Source: Pseudogymnoascus verrucosus (lineage: Eukaryota). From it: a stretch of 64,000 nt of DNA. Location of the stretch: NCBI GenBank assembly GCA_001662655.1, contig KV460214.1; one strand, given 5' to 3'. Within the stretch, counting starts at the first letter, position 1; each line of letters starts with the position of its first letter. This document shows, in pieces, positions 35,655-48,107 of the stretch. Made by a program: the position numbers and the translations under genes. The notes below the pieces were generated by a model. It saw only the letters and a program-made list of their open reading frames with translations, did no database searches and was not told the origin of the DNA.

Positions 35655-36099
35655 TATTATTGATGTTAGCTAGATGGCCTATGCCATATATGCGCCTAGC
35701 CCTACTGTGGGTTGTGGGGTTTGCGTTGGACGTCCCGTTATTGCCCCTCTTCGGCTTTGGTTGAGCAAGCTGAGTAGGGAGCCAAAATATGTCCATTTAA
35801 CTTGCTCATACCCCTGACAAACAGATATATTAGCGCTGGACCCCGTAATAGGCTCTATTATTAATAGGCTCTATTCGCTGCCCGGCCTGGTTGAGCCTGG
35901 TTGAAGAGTGGTAGAAGCACAAAGTTACCCCACGCAGATGGACGGTCGGAATTGCAATTATCCGCACGGTTGGTTCAGGCACCTGGTACCTGGGAGGCCC
36001 AAACGTCAACCTGATGCCCACGTCTCTCGATAGGTTTGCGACCATTTGCAACACAGATTCTCCAGCACGGAACTGCTGGGGAGAACAACACCCATCACC

Positions 36100-37141
36100 A
36101 TGTCGGAGTCCACAGAGTCTGACGACAGCGACAAGTCTTCACCTAGCCGGTCCGAACTGCCCCTTCGGACCACCGCTGGTGATTTAGCACGCCTGTTTGA
36201 GCATCTCACGCCACCAGAGGATGTCGACGACAAAGGGATTATTATCAAGTGTATAACGCAGCTCAAGTCCACAGTGGATGATCATGAGAACCGCGTGCGA
36301 GTGTTAGAACACCAACCTTATGCTGGTTCACCTAACGAGCTCGCGACTGATGTACCTCTGTCTAGTTTCGAAAGATTACAACAAGAAGTTAAGGGACTCG
36401 ATGAAGTCGTTAACGAAAGGGATATAAGGATATCTGAAGCTGAAGAGGATATTGTGAATATAAAGGCGGAGGTGTAAGACTTCTAAGACTTCAAAGAGAA
36501 TGGCAATATCGTGACTGACGAACACCTACGCGAAATTATTCCAACTCTTGCAACTAAGGTTGACCTTGAAGAACTTCGCCTTGCAACCAAGGCCGACCTT
36601 GAAGAACATCGCCTTGCAACCAAGGCTGACCTCGAAGAACTTCGGCTTGCAACTAAGGCTGACCTCGAGACCGGCCTTGAAGGACTTCGTCTAGAATTTC
36701 GTGCGTCGCAAAACTACAGAGCATCTAGATTCTTCGATGAGGTCCAATCTCTTCCTATCGTTCGAGAACAAGATGGAGTAAGGCAGATTGAGAACTTTCA
36801 ACATCATTACGACAGGTAAAACACTATTGGAATCTACACAACCAAGAGCATGGTATGTCCCTTTATTACATCTATATTAGACTTGTGTGAAAGCAACTAA
36901 TCTATTCTTCGCGTTAGAGCTAGTCCGTTGTCTTGAATTCTACCTTTCTATCGATAATTGGCCCTTTAAAGTCTTGGATGAAGCTGATGACATTGATTAC
37001 TGCGACATGGACTTATTAGGTCCCTTGCTGCAAACCGTTCCTAAATCATGGGAAGAAGCAGTGAAACTATCCCCTAGACGCTCCGTTTTTGTGCTCTTCG
37101 GAGTTTTAGGGCTTAGGTATGATCACTTTTCAGAACAGTAA
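36100..37141 (+). pseudogene. Probable pseudogene: coiled-coil protein with 11-aa LATKADLEELR repeats
   Basis: The reading frame is interrupted by TAA codons at 36475 and 36484 (CAA>TAA plausible) and an apparent frameshift near 36815. Later exon reads LVRCLEFYLSI...EAVKLSP...LFGVLGLRY. Confidence 0.6.
36547..36669 (+). repeat. 33-bp coding tandem repeat, about 3.7 copies
   Basis: CTTGCAAC(T/C)AAGG(T/C)(T/C)GACCT(T/C)GAAGAAC(T/A)TCG(C/G) starting at 36547, 36580, 36613 and 36646. Confidence 0.93.
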
Positions 37142-37727
37142 GACGCAATGAAGGCTATGAGCACTCAACGCCGAAGCGCTACAAAGTCGAAATTAGAATC
37201 GCAAACTGCTATTCGCACGAAGCGCATTAAGAACCCATCGTCTGGGTCGACTACTGAGCCTTTCACAGGCTGAAATATTCTCTCATGAACAGACTGATGG
37301 CTTATTGTTGAGGGGTCGATGCTCAAGAGGGCAATTATGACGAGAGAGTGCCGCAGAGAGCAGGATGAGGAAATGGGGGCTGTCTTCCACTGCGCGGACG
37401 CTGAATCGCCGCCCATCCACAATGCTGAATCCCTTTCGAAATCCGGAATAGATACGATACGGCGCTCGGAGACACTTGCCCCGTTCGAAGGATATATTAT
37501 AAGGATAGCGATGACGGAAAATGTGGAGACTGCACATACGGAACTCCGACGTCACAGTGACAAGTGACGGGGATTTGCAGGTGTGGGTTGCACCGATACG
37601 CTCTCCGGTGCCTCAGGACCCGTGACAGAGAGTGTGTGCAATGTACTAATAAGCAAGTGTAAACTTCTACATTTATTTAACTATAGCAATAGCAGCTATA
37701 GAGTCATAGTTTAGTATTTCTAGTGCA

Positions 37728-39376
37728 TCAACGCCACATTTTGCCTCTCCATTGACAAAAAATAGTTGGGATAATGCTAGCGCATAATATCAGTGCTGTA
37801 ATGATCCCTGCGCTTCCATATAACCCTACTGTCTCAATCATAGTAGGGAACCTATAGCATGTAAGTGGCAGCACACATACATTTTCAGAGAAGCAACGTA
37901 CCAAAAAGGGCCAATAAAGCCCAGCTCTTGACGAACGAAAGTAATAAACACGCCAATACTTGCAGCTTCATCACGGTAGCAATCAACGGCATACGTGATG
38001 AGAACGGTCGTGACGATTTGATTCCCCGCCGCAGCGATCCCTGCTCCGATTATAGGAGTGATATTCCACCTAGCATCGGCCTGCTTAATTTGGATCAAGA
38101 AGACGATAACGCCACAGATTACGAGGAGATATCCACTATAGCTGAGCCAGAGACGGAACTCAGGTTGCACCATCCTCTCCTTCATTTTGCACTGGCGTCT
38201 CCACATCCATCGATCAGAAAGGGTCCCGCCCAGCTGCTCGCCGATTAGAGTTCCCAAAATTATACTGATGTTTTGAAGACCGATTTGTTCTGCGTTGAGA
38301 TGGAATTTCTCGACAAACAATTGCGGAATTTCGATAGCGATGAACACACTGGCAAAGAGGAAGACCGTGGAGTATGCTGTTGCGGAAAGAAGGACGCAAG
38401 GGCGTACAACAAGTTCCAGTGGTGATACGAACTCCCGCCATGTTAAGGGCGTAAGATCTATGCGCTTGAAGCTGAAGTACTGCTGTCTGAAAGAGGATCG
38501 TTGCTGTTGCTGTTGGCCACGGATGTAGCGAGACTCTGGGCCAAAGAAAAGGTAGAGGATGAACTGTACTGCATTTGTCTGAATATGGATTAGATGTCAT
38601 TTTAAACCTAGAGAATTTACTCACACATGCAAGGATCCAGTAGATCCAACGGTATCCAACTCTGTATGCAACAAAGCCAAAGATGACGGGAGCGGTAGGC
38701 ACGCCGAGTGTCACCATTACTGTCCAAATACCCATATATCGTGCTCTTTCCCGCTTAAAAATTGTCTCTGCCACTGTAGCACTGCCAAGTGCAGCGGCAG
38801 GGCTAATAAAGAAGCCCGCAAGGGCTCGACAGAGACCCATGGTAGCATACGTAGGACTACAAGCACAGCCGATATTGCAAACGAGGCTGCCGATCAGCGA
38901 AATGAGGAAGATCGGTCGTCTTCCATATCGTTCTGAAAGTGGCCTCCAAACAAGTGGTGCAACGCCGAGAATGGCTATAACAAGGGATGTCAAGTAGGTG
39001 GCTCGGTGGATGCTGACATTCAAATCGGTGGCAATGTCCGCGAATGCAGACTGGATTGCAGCGGCTGTGAATGTTGCCATCATCGCATGGAAGGCAACAA
39101 GCAAGAGGTTTATCACTTTCTAGTATGTTGTTAGCAAGGAACCACAGTCGTAGGAATAGGGCGACCTTTCGGAACGGCCAATTATAGGGATCAGCGTCAT
39201 TGAAGTCGGGGACTGGGTCCAATTCAAGGGTTTTATGTCTGTCTAGGATGTATTCCTTGTGCGCATCCGAAATGGAAGCTACGTTCGCCTAATGATTATA
39301 AGCATAATGCTTAGCAGAGGATAATTGTCTTCCCACTTACATTCTCAACATGTCCAACTTCTGGCTTCTCGTCCAT
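37728..39376 (-). CDS. MFS transporter (DHA1-like), multi-exon
   Basis: D.DPYNWP, PLSERYGRRPIFL, ETIFKRERARYMG, GPESRY and PEFRLW. Confidence 0.9.
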
Positions 39377-39875
39377 ACTTAGGTTTTTAGAACAATATGA
39401 GTATTAAAAGTAGTGGTGAATCGTTTCTGTGCGAGATAGTGTTAGATCGAAATGAGAATATCAGAGGAAACCTTGCCTTTTAGGGACACATCGGTTGATG
39501 GAATCCTCGAGGGGAGGTGGCCAATAGGGTTGATGCTTCCCGTCGGCTCGGTTGCGATTCAATGAAGCTCCAATAAGAACCACCCCTCCCGAGGCTCGGG
39601 ATGGTTACCTTTATTTTGATAGGACCCCTGGCATTTACCCTGGTGAATACTTAGCCCGCGAATCCACATTTCCCCGCGTTTCCCCACATTCCTCTTCCTG
39701 AATAGAACACCGAGCGGGTAGTACCCGGTTTATGTCCGGGCATGACCCGCCAAAAAGGGAAATGGGTTGTATATATCAAATGAATTGCTTGTAACCGTAT
39801 GTTTACTTAAATGTTGTTGTCTCTAACTAATTTCAAAAGCGCAAGCCAGCTAAAGGCAGCTAGCAAATAATCATA

Positions 39876-41634
39876 ATGGGTCTTCTACGGTCCCAATTAA
39901 TTGATTCTCCACTCACGGCTTTGTGTATATTCATACTTTTATCACTCATACTTTTGGTAGGATATGTTGTGTATCAACGCTGGTTTCACCCACTAGCCGC
40001 TTTTCCTGGCCCATTCCTAGCCTCAGTCACAGATCTTTGGCAGGTCTATCAGTATTTGACCCTGAGACAGCCATATAATTTAACAGAACTACACGAAAAG
40101 TATGGACCCTTTGTTCGGTACGGCCCTGATAAACTCAGCGTTACTTCAGAAGACGCCATTCCGCTAGTGTATCAGAAAGGAGGCAAGTCGATGCCCAAGA
40201 CCGAGTTTTATGATGCATATGGCGCAGCACATCCTAATGTCTTCGGCATGCGAGATGAAGCTGTGAGTTAGCTGCAGACTTTTTGGGATATAAGCTAATC
40301 AGAATCGGTAGCTTCATTCCATTCGGAGACGCCATATGTCCCATAGCTTTTCCATATCCTACGTGAGGGAGATGGAGCAGTACCTAGATCTCAACATTGA
40401 TATCCTGAGAAAAAAAATTGCCAGATTCAGCAGCCGAAACGAAGTTTTCGACCTCAAGAAGGTCTTGCACTATTACACTATTGACGTGCTTGGTGAATTG
40501 GCCTTCAGCCAATCGTTTGGTGTCCAGATTGCAGATGATGAGTCGCTTGTCCCACCAGTCGTACCGCACAGTTTACTTGCTGCTGCCACGGGTGCATGGC
40601 CGGCGCAGACACAAACTTTGAAGAGGTGGCTTCCCAAAATACCCATTAGGGGACTGCAAAATTTATTCCGAGGTCGAGCGGCATGTGCAAGGTTGGCATC
40701 CGAATGCGTACAGAGGAGAATTGCAGCTCTGCAAGATGTTAAAGATGAAGGCATGGAAACTTTGCAGAGAAATGATATTCTGACCAATTTGATTCTGGCT
40801 AAGCATCCGGATACGGGTGAGCGCTTAACACAAGCTGATTTGGAGACAGAAGCATTCGGTTTCATGTAAGTATTAGTAACCCATTAGAAGAGATCATCCG
40901 CTGACCATAGTATTTGAATAGTATCGCTGGAACACATACCACCAGTGCTACGGTGTCGTTACTGTTCTATCATCTACTGCATGCCCCAGACATTATGGCT
41001 AGATGCGCCACGGAGATAGATGAGAATCTTCCACCACTGACCGCAGGCCAGTCTTCTTATTCAGTAGCAGATGTGGAAACATCTCTCCCTTACCTCCGCC
41101 AGTGTATTCGTGAAAACTTTCGAATCACCCCGGTGTTTACCATGCCATTAGCCCGACGCGTGACAGCACCTGAAGGAGTCGCCATTAGCGGGCGACATAT
41201 CCCGCACGGAGTAAGTTCTACAGATTGTCATATACGATATTTGTTCCAAATTAGCTAACCTTGTACCTTAGACGTCTATTGCCGTCTGCAACCACGCTTT
41301 TCACCATGACCCTGCTGTCTGGGGTCCAGACCACAACACCTTTGATCCTACCCGTTGGGATAATCCTGAAACCGCTGCGCGAGCTAGATATTTAATGCAT
41401 TTTGGCTTAGGTGGGCGTCAATGCATTGGCAAGACAGTAGCTCTGAGCAACATCTACAAACTATCGAGTACTTTGTTGAAAGAATTTGACTTCGAGCTCG
41501 TAGATCTAAATGAAAGACTAGAAGTGCAGATGGGTGCTTTCAGAGGTAGAATTCCAGACTTAGTTAGTGTAGGCATAAGTGATCTTGCCCAGCCGTTGAT
41601 GGTGAAGGCACGGCAGAAGAGGAAGGTGGAATAA
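39876..41634 (+). CDS. Cytochrome P450 monooxygenase (4 exons)
   Basis: N-terminal anchor plus HPLAAFPGP, LHEKYGPFVRYGP, I-helix AGTHTT, ENFR (ExxR), FDPTRW and heme motif FGLGGRQCIG. Confidence 0.95.
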
Positions 41635-42327
41635 CGCCTTTGTTTCAACTAGAGACTTGGCAGTTCAAACAATAAATATCTACTATCTTGGCCTTTATTA
41701 TTAATGACTCCTAGATGAGTTCCGCTACTCCTCGTGAACTAACTCCACTGCGATCACCCTACTAGAGTCAAAGTGATAATTGCTTCCGGCTAGAATCCAC
41801 ACCCAAATTTTGTATAGGGTCCTCTGACGCACGGGAAGAATTGCAGCACTCACGGGCACTAATTGTAATGCTAGAAAGTCTGTACAAGGACTGGGCGTAG
41901 GCAAGAATGGCAGATCGCAGAAATTACGTAGGTACCATAGATTTCAACTCACTCAATTTAATTTTCAGTAGCCAACTCTTGTATGTGTCTATAATAAAAT
42001 AATGGCAGCCTAGAAATTTGCTGGCTTAGTTCGTAAAGTATAGTTGCTATAGGCTCTTGTATTACTAAACTTAATATCGAGTTGAGAACTTTATTCCAGC
42101 ATCTCATTAGCTACAAAGCACGGTCCTTATATAAAAGTACCCCGCAAATAGGATCAAGTAAGCAGCATGGATTTAAACGCGGGGTATTAGAGCTAGCCCC
42201 TCTCGTGACCAGCCATTCGGCTTTAATCTCAAGGTATCTTCCGTACCGAGGGAACGAATCTTAAATATATCTACTCTTTTGAATTACACATACTGTACAC
42301 CATTCCTATTATTGCCGCCTAGTCTCC

Positions 42328-45022
42328 ATGCAGAACGAAACCCTATCACCGGAAAATGAGAATATTTCGAGCCGTTCTCTAGAGTCTCCCCCCACTGCTC
42401 CGCCACGCAAACGCCGGAGAGTACCATTAGCATGCAGGTCATGTAGAGAAAGAAAGTCGCGTGTAAGCTATTTACGTGGACAGTCTCTAGGTCATGCAGC
42501 TCAAATATTTCATAGTGTAATGGACAGCGCCCTAGCTGCTCGCCATGCCTGGAACTTGGGATCCATTGCATATATGAGGAAGCTTCTGGAGTATCTAGAA
42601 GCTGGCGAGGAATAGGATCCGCAAATAGCAGGGCAACTAATAGATGCATTATCAGCGATGAAGGTGGTGAGACCGCCCAGTTGAGACTGAGAGTGATGGA
42701 ATTGGAGGCCAGGTTACGCTCAGTCTCCGTTGCAGCTCCAATCATTCCACCAAACGGCAAAAGCAGAGAGCAGATCAACAACCTGCGTGCATCGTCGACG
42801 ACTAGGCAGCCAAACCTGGGCGCCATAAATGCTCCTGTACCCTTAACCACACCTTCGACCGACATTGGGGAAGAAACCGACGAAGTCCCAGTCGATACTC
42901 TTGCTACCACTACATTCGACGACGTACCAGAAAAAACAGACCGAAATATTGGGAATTTTGGTGAATCCATAGTCGAACCAGTAGCGACTTCAGCCATTGC
43001 TTACTCTGATATAGGCCCGACTTCAAACCACGCTTTGTTCCGTACGCTCTCTGGAATTTTCGCGCACGTTGTGCATATCTTCTCTCCATCAAATCAGCAA
43101 CATTGTACACCAAGCTCTGCGAGGGACTACCATAGGTTTACTCGTCGTCCTCCATTGTTACTACCAGAGAAACGCTTGGAGATACGTCAGGACACGCCTG
43201 ATGTTGTCGACATTTGTGTTCTACCAGATGGTCAAGATGTAATACCATTAATCTCCCAATTTTCTACCACGGTGGGCATAGTATTGCCATTTGTTAACAC
43301 GTCGACTATATTATCTGAGTACAAACGAAGGCGAGAAAATAACCAGCAACTTCCTAGACCGATGGAAGCGCTAGTAAACATCATCTGCGCATATACTTCC
43401 TCTACACTACAGAATTCAAATGCGAAAGTATATTACCGTCGAGCACTAGCCTTACTGGACGAGCAGACACTCCGAGGATCATGTCTAGAGCTAAGTCAGC
43501 TGAAATTATTCAATTCGTGATCAAGTTTGTCGCTAATATTTCACAAAGTCCAAGCACTTCTTCTGATTGCTAGTTTTCAACAGAACCATCAGCTTTCCAT
43601 CGCTAGTTGGACGTTCCATGCCGTCGCCGTCAAAGCCGCTTTCCAGTTGGGTCTTCACTCACCAATCTACTATAAAGACCACTCGTTCCAGGAAAGCGAA
43701 CTCCGGAAAAGACTGTGGTTTGCTCTAGTTAACCAGGATAGGTATTTTACGTGGGCTCGTTGCTTATAGTGCAGCCGCTAAGGTCTCACAGACATCTGAG
43801 TATTTCGTTAGGTCGACCTTGCATGATCCCGCAGCAACACATCCAAGTAGAAGTACCACGAGATGCATCTTTGATTCTGCAGACTATGCCCATGACAATG
43901 CCAGAACAGATCGATAGCTTGCTTTATTTTAATCGAGTAATGTATGTATGGAATCTGCCGTTAGAATCCTATTAGCCATGCTTACTTGTTATTAGATCGT
44001 TGGATACTGTTAAAATCTCGATAATTGACAACCTATATAACCACAATATTGATTCAGAGTCCCTACCTCTTCACGAGCTACTCATCAAAAGACTTCAGCT
44101 TTCATGGCAGCTAGAGCAATGGCGGCAAAATACTGCTTCGTTTTGCGACATCCTCTCTGAAATCGATTTATGCCAGCAGTCTAGAGTACCAAACGTCACG
44201 AACAGACTTCAAGTGTTACTTTCCATCCAATACTATAGTGTCACACTGCTCATCAACGGGCCCGTGCTAACAAAATTCTTAAGTGAAGCGGTCAATAAAA
44301 AACATAGTCCTAGAGACAAGACTATGCTAATAGATAGTATTATGCCAGTGATTAAGAGCGAAATCAAAACTGCGAGAGAGCTCTTAATAATCATTGACGG
44401 AGCAACTGCCTGTGGAGAAAGTTTCTTCGACTGTAACGCGGCGTGGTGGAACTGTAACTACATCAGTGAGTGGCTTGTGAGAGATTGTAGAGAGAGATTA
44501 TGTACTGAGTGGGCGCTGACGCTGGCTAGTGTTCACTGTGAACTTACACTTATTTGGTATCCTTCTTGTACACAAGTGCCATGGAGGGATATTAACTGCT
44601 GCGGGAGGTATTGAGATGGTAGAGGTGAGGTCATCTCTCGACCGCGGCTTAAAGATTCTACAGACTTTCGAGAGAATTAGTTTAATGAGTCGAAAAGCTC
44701 GTCACTGCATATTGGGGTTCTTGAGGGTTTTTGACTCCCTAGGTGAGTGGACAGGCAAATACACAACCCTTTTCTATACTCCACCGACTGACATATGTTC
44801 CTCTTGATAGAATCCGATCTGCCGCCCACAATACCCGGTAGCAACGCCCAGGCCGAAGTACCCGCAACACCAGAGATATTAGATCCGTCTTGGATAATTG
44901 CCAATGACACTAATTCGATGCCGCAGAATCTCTTCTCACAGTATGTTGCACAATCGGCCGATGATTTTCTCTTTCAGTGCAGTGATGCTGCCCTCTTGGA
45001 TGGAGATCTGAATTTTCTCTAG
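42328..45022 (+). CDS. Zn(II)2Cys6 transcription factor with Fungal_trans domain, multi-exon
   Basis: RVPLACRSCRERKSR|CNGQRPSCSPCLELGIHC across an intron; AFQLGLH, ELRKRLWF and LGRP. Confidence 0.9.
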
Positions 45023-46123
45023 AGGGTTTGTCCTAGAGAAATTGATCCGGACCTGTTGTCTCAGCCGGCTCAGAGCAATTTAGAGAAGGTCATCGAACCT
45101 AAATTAGGAATGTCGAGTTCAGCTCTGAAAGATGGGCGTTGTTGTCCATTCTTAGAGAAACAATCAGTATTAGAGTATCTCGAATCTCGAAGAGTGGACG
45201 GGTTAAATAGATTGTTGGTGGTTGAGGCTGTATCTTGAGTAACCAGTCCACACTTGCTTGCGTCTTGGTCCTTAATGCTAGCAAAGAGATTACTCGAGGC
45301 AACCCTAGCTTTAGCTTCGTCGTCGCTTTCATCGTCGCTATTACCTTCGATAGTTAGGGACTCTTCTTCGTGAAATTAGTAGGGTGTATTGGTATACAAA
45401 AGCGAGCTAGAAACTCACTATTACAGAGCTGCGGCAGTACAATATAAGAAACTGGAAATGATTCGCGTTGGTCGGGATGAAGAGGGTACTGGCCCAACCC
45501 CGATAGTGAAGAATTATAGACAATAGTATAAAACCACAACTAAACAAACTGTTTTTTCCGCGTATTCGACGATGGAAAGTCGCGAAAATCTTCTGATAGC
45601 TCGAAACAACCACTTTGTCTTATTGCGTCCTTGCAAGATCGGACCTTGGGCAACAGGCGCAGAATCGATCGACTTGTTTACAGATGATAACTCCCAAAGC
45701 CACGGAAATCCTGTGGGTAATTGCTATAGCAGTACGACCCGGCAAAGCCTGGGTTGAGCTGAAAGGTGGGCGCAAGAGCTAGCTATTCGGTTATACACTG
45801 GCTCGGCCGCAAACGCTAGTCTCCAACCGCCCCTCGTTGGAATATCCATGTGACACTGGTCGCCAAGTTACCTAAAATAGGGATTCATTCAGTAGCTAGC
45901 CATGCAGTCAGACAGAAATACAGTATATATCTTTCTCGATACCCCGTTACTGGCCCTCTCCAAGTACAATAATGATCACAAAGCTCTCAAAGTAATGACC
46001 AGGTGATCAATCGTTGACGAGGATAGTACCGGCGCCATTCAACATTGAGAATAATATCCTTTAAAAGAAACTGTCCTGAGATTCCTTGTATTTGATTGAT
46101 AATATAATCTCTTCAACTGCTGT

Positions 46124-47080
46124 CTACACACTCGCTAACGTTGGTCTAGTAAAAAGCCTCCCTTTCGTCTGTCCCGCTTCCAAACGAAGTAAGCCTTCGT
46201 TCACCTTGCTAAAAAGTATCTCTTCCAAGTCTGGCGTTATCTTTCCTTCACTTATCAAGGCCAAAACAGTCCGCAGGTCCTCTTTGGTCGCACCTAACGA
46301 ACCCCGGATTTCTACACTCTTATGGACAATAGAAAATGTAGGTAAAGTCAACTTTTCGTCTCCTAAACCGGTTAGGACGATACGTCCGGACGGCTTGACG
46401 GCCTCGAGAGCCGCAGTCATTGTCGAAGTGATCCCAACAAAATCCACGACAACGTCAAATGTAACATCCTTTGCATCCCCGAGGCTGGAGAAACAGGACT
46501 TCGCACCATCTCGCATTGCCGCCTCGAATTTACTACTATCAATGTCGAAGCCATACACGATAGCTCCTTGAAGCGACGCAATTCTCAGGCCAATTGATCC
46601 TAGACCGCCTAGACCGACGATGGCGACAGTCGTTGACGCAGTGACTCCGCCTGTCCTGACAACAGCGTGGTAAGATGTCGCAACCGCATCTGTCGCTACA
46701 GAAGCTTGCTCGAAACTAACGTTGTCTGGGATAGGTTCGAGATATTTGACAGGGACAACGGCGTATTCAGCATATCCACCATCGTAGTTGAGACCAATCC
46801 CACCAGCTGGTCCTAGCAGGGCCACTGCTACTCTGTCGCCTATGTGCACCTCTGATACGCTTTCTCCTAATGCGATGACTTTCCCGGCAACCTCATGACC
46901 AAGGGTAATAGGCCGTTGTTGGATCCATGCTCCCCCTGTTCCACTGATAATATGGCAGTCTGAATGGCATAATCCGCAAGTTTCAACTTGGATAAGGACC
47001 TCAGCCGTAGAAGGTTGCGGGACTGCAATATCTTCAAGATGGAGGCCACTATTGGGGCCACCCCAGCGATAAGCCTTCAT
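46124..47080 (-). CDS. Zinc-dependent alcohol dehydrogenase (MDR family) lacking the structural-zinc loop
   Basis: CGLCHSDCH, TLGHEVAG, IGDRVAV, DGGYAEY and GLGGLG. No four-Cys lobe. Confidence 0.92.
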   Translation of the reverse strand: MKAYRWGGPNSGLHLEDIAVPQPSTAEVLIQVETCGLCHSDCHIISGTGGAWIQQRPITLGHEVAGKVIALGESVSEVHIGDRVAVALLGPAGGIGLNYDGGYAEYAVVPVKYLEPIPDNVSFEQASVATDAVATSYHAVVRTGGVTASTTVAIVGLGGLGSIGLRIASLQGAIVYGFDIDSSKFEAAMRDGAKSCFSSLGDAKDVTFDVVVDFVGITSTMTAALEAVKPSGRIVLTGLGDEKLTLPTFSIVHKSVEIRGSLGATKEDLRTVLALISEGKITPDLEEILFSKVNEGLLRLEAGQTKGRLFTRPTLASV

Positions 47081-48107
47081 CACGGGGGTTGTGAAAGATT
47101 TGTAGGCGTGGATGGTTTATAGATCGAGTGTCCAGGCAGTATTAGCAGTAGAAAATAAAAGACTCCTGTTTGAAGGGAGATGGTGCAGGATTCTCCTGAA
47201 TGTCGTTGTGTTTCTCAGTGGCCTACAATCGGGGAAGCTTCGCTCCATTAAATAATTGATAATTAAGGTACGTAGAATTACAGTCACATGAGGTCTGAGC
47301 ATCCCCGCTGCATCTGAAATCACCGAGGTGGTGATATTTGCGGGGTTCAATGGCCAAGATGAGAGTGAAGGTCGGAAAGGAGAGGGGATATTAAACAACG
47401 CACTTTCCTTAACGCCTCTCATCTAGCTAGCAAACCCCAACCTCACCTCCAGCCCATCCCACAAACTTCTCCAAAGCCACATCAACTCCATTCCAACACC
47501 CCCTGCAATGACCACCACCCCCTCACCCCTCCCCCTCTCGGTCCTCATCTCCCCGCATACTACGTTCCACCCGTCTGATAACGACACTATTGACTGCATG
47601 AGAGCCTGGTCCGTCCGAATGCACCCCAATATGTTAAGTGGACTTGTTTTTAGCGAGGTTCCCCGCGCTTGGCCAACCCCCAATTCTTGGTCAACCCCGC
47701 TCGAGATCCCGCCCTTCTGCTACCTTTAACGCTAATTAAGCTAGGATAATCATGACCCACTTAGCCGTTCTTTGTTTGGGTAATCATTAAGTCCGATTTC
47801 TAGAGAAGTTTGATTTCTCGACGTGATGGTTTAGCTGCAGTTTAAAGAACCTCGGCTCCTTTCGATATTGCGGGGATGGCTTTGGGGAGGTATTTTAGCG
47901 CCATGCGCTACTATACCCCTCACCAAGGTACACACAAAATTGTAGTATTGGTCTAATGGAGTTGCAAAATCCTAAAGCCCTGACTATTGTTCAGATTTAC
48001 TGTAATTTAAGACCTTGACTAGCAATATATAATTAATGCAGCTTCCTCACTGCCGCCTTAATTCTCGTATACACCCTTCACAAAATATCATTTCTAGTAA
48101 GAACAAA

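Noticed and set aside
36547..36669. CRISPR-like array
   Set aside because: The 33-bp units are contiguous, in frame and have no spacers, in a eukaryotic context.
42284..42997. 237-aa minus-strand ORF, and shadow ORFs such as 16391-17032, 26536-27069 and 30584-31237
   Set aside because: They are antisense to well-supported genes and have no motifs.
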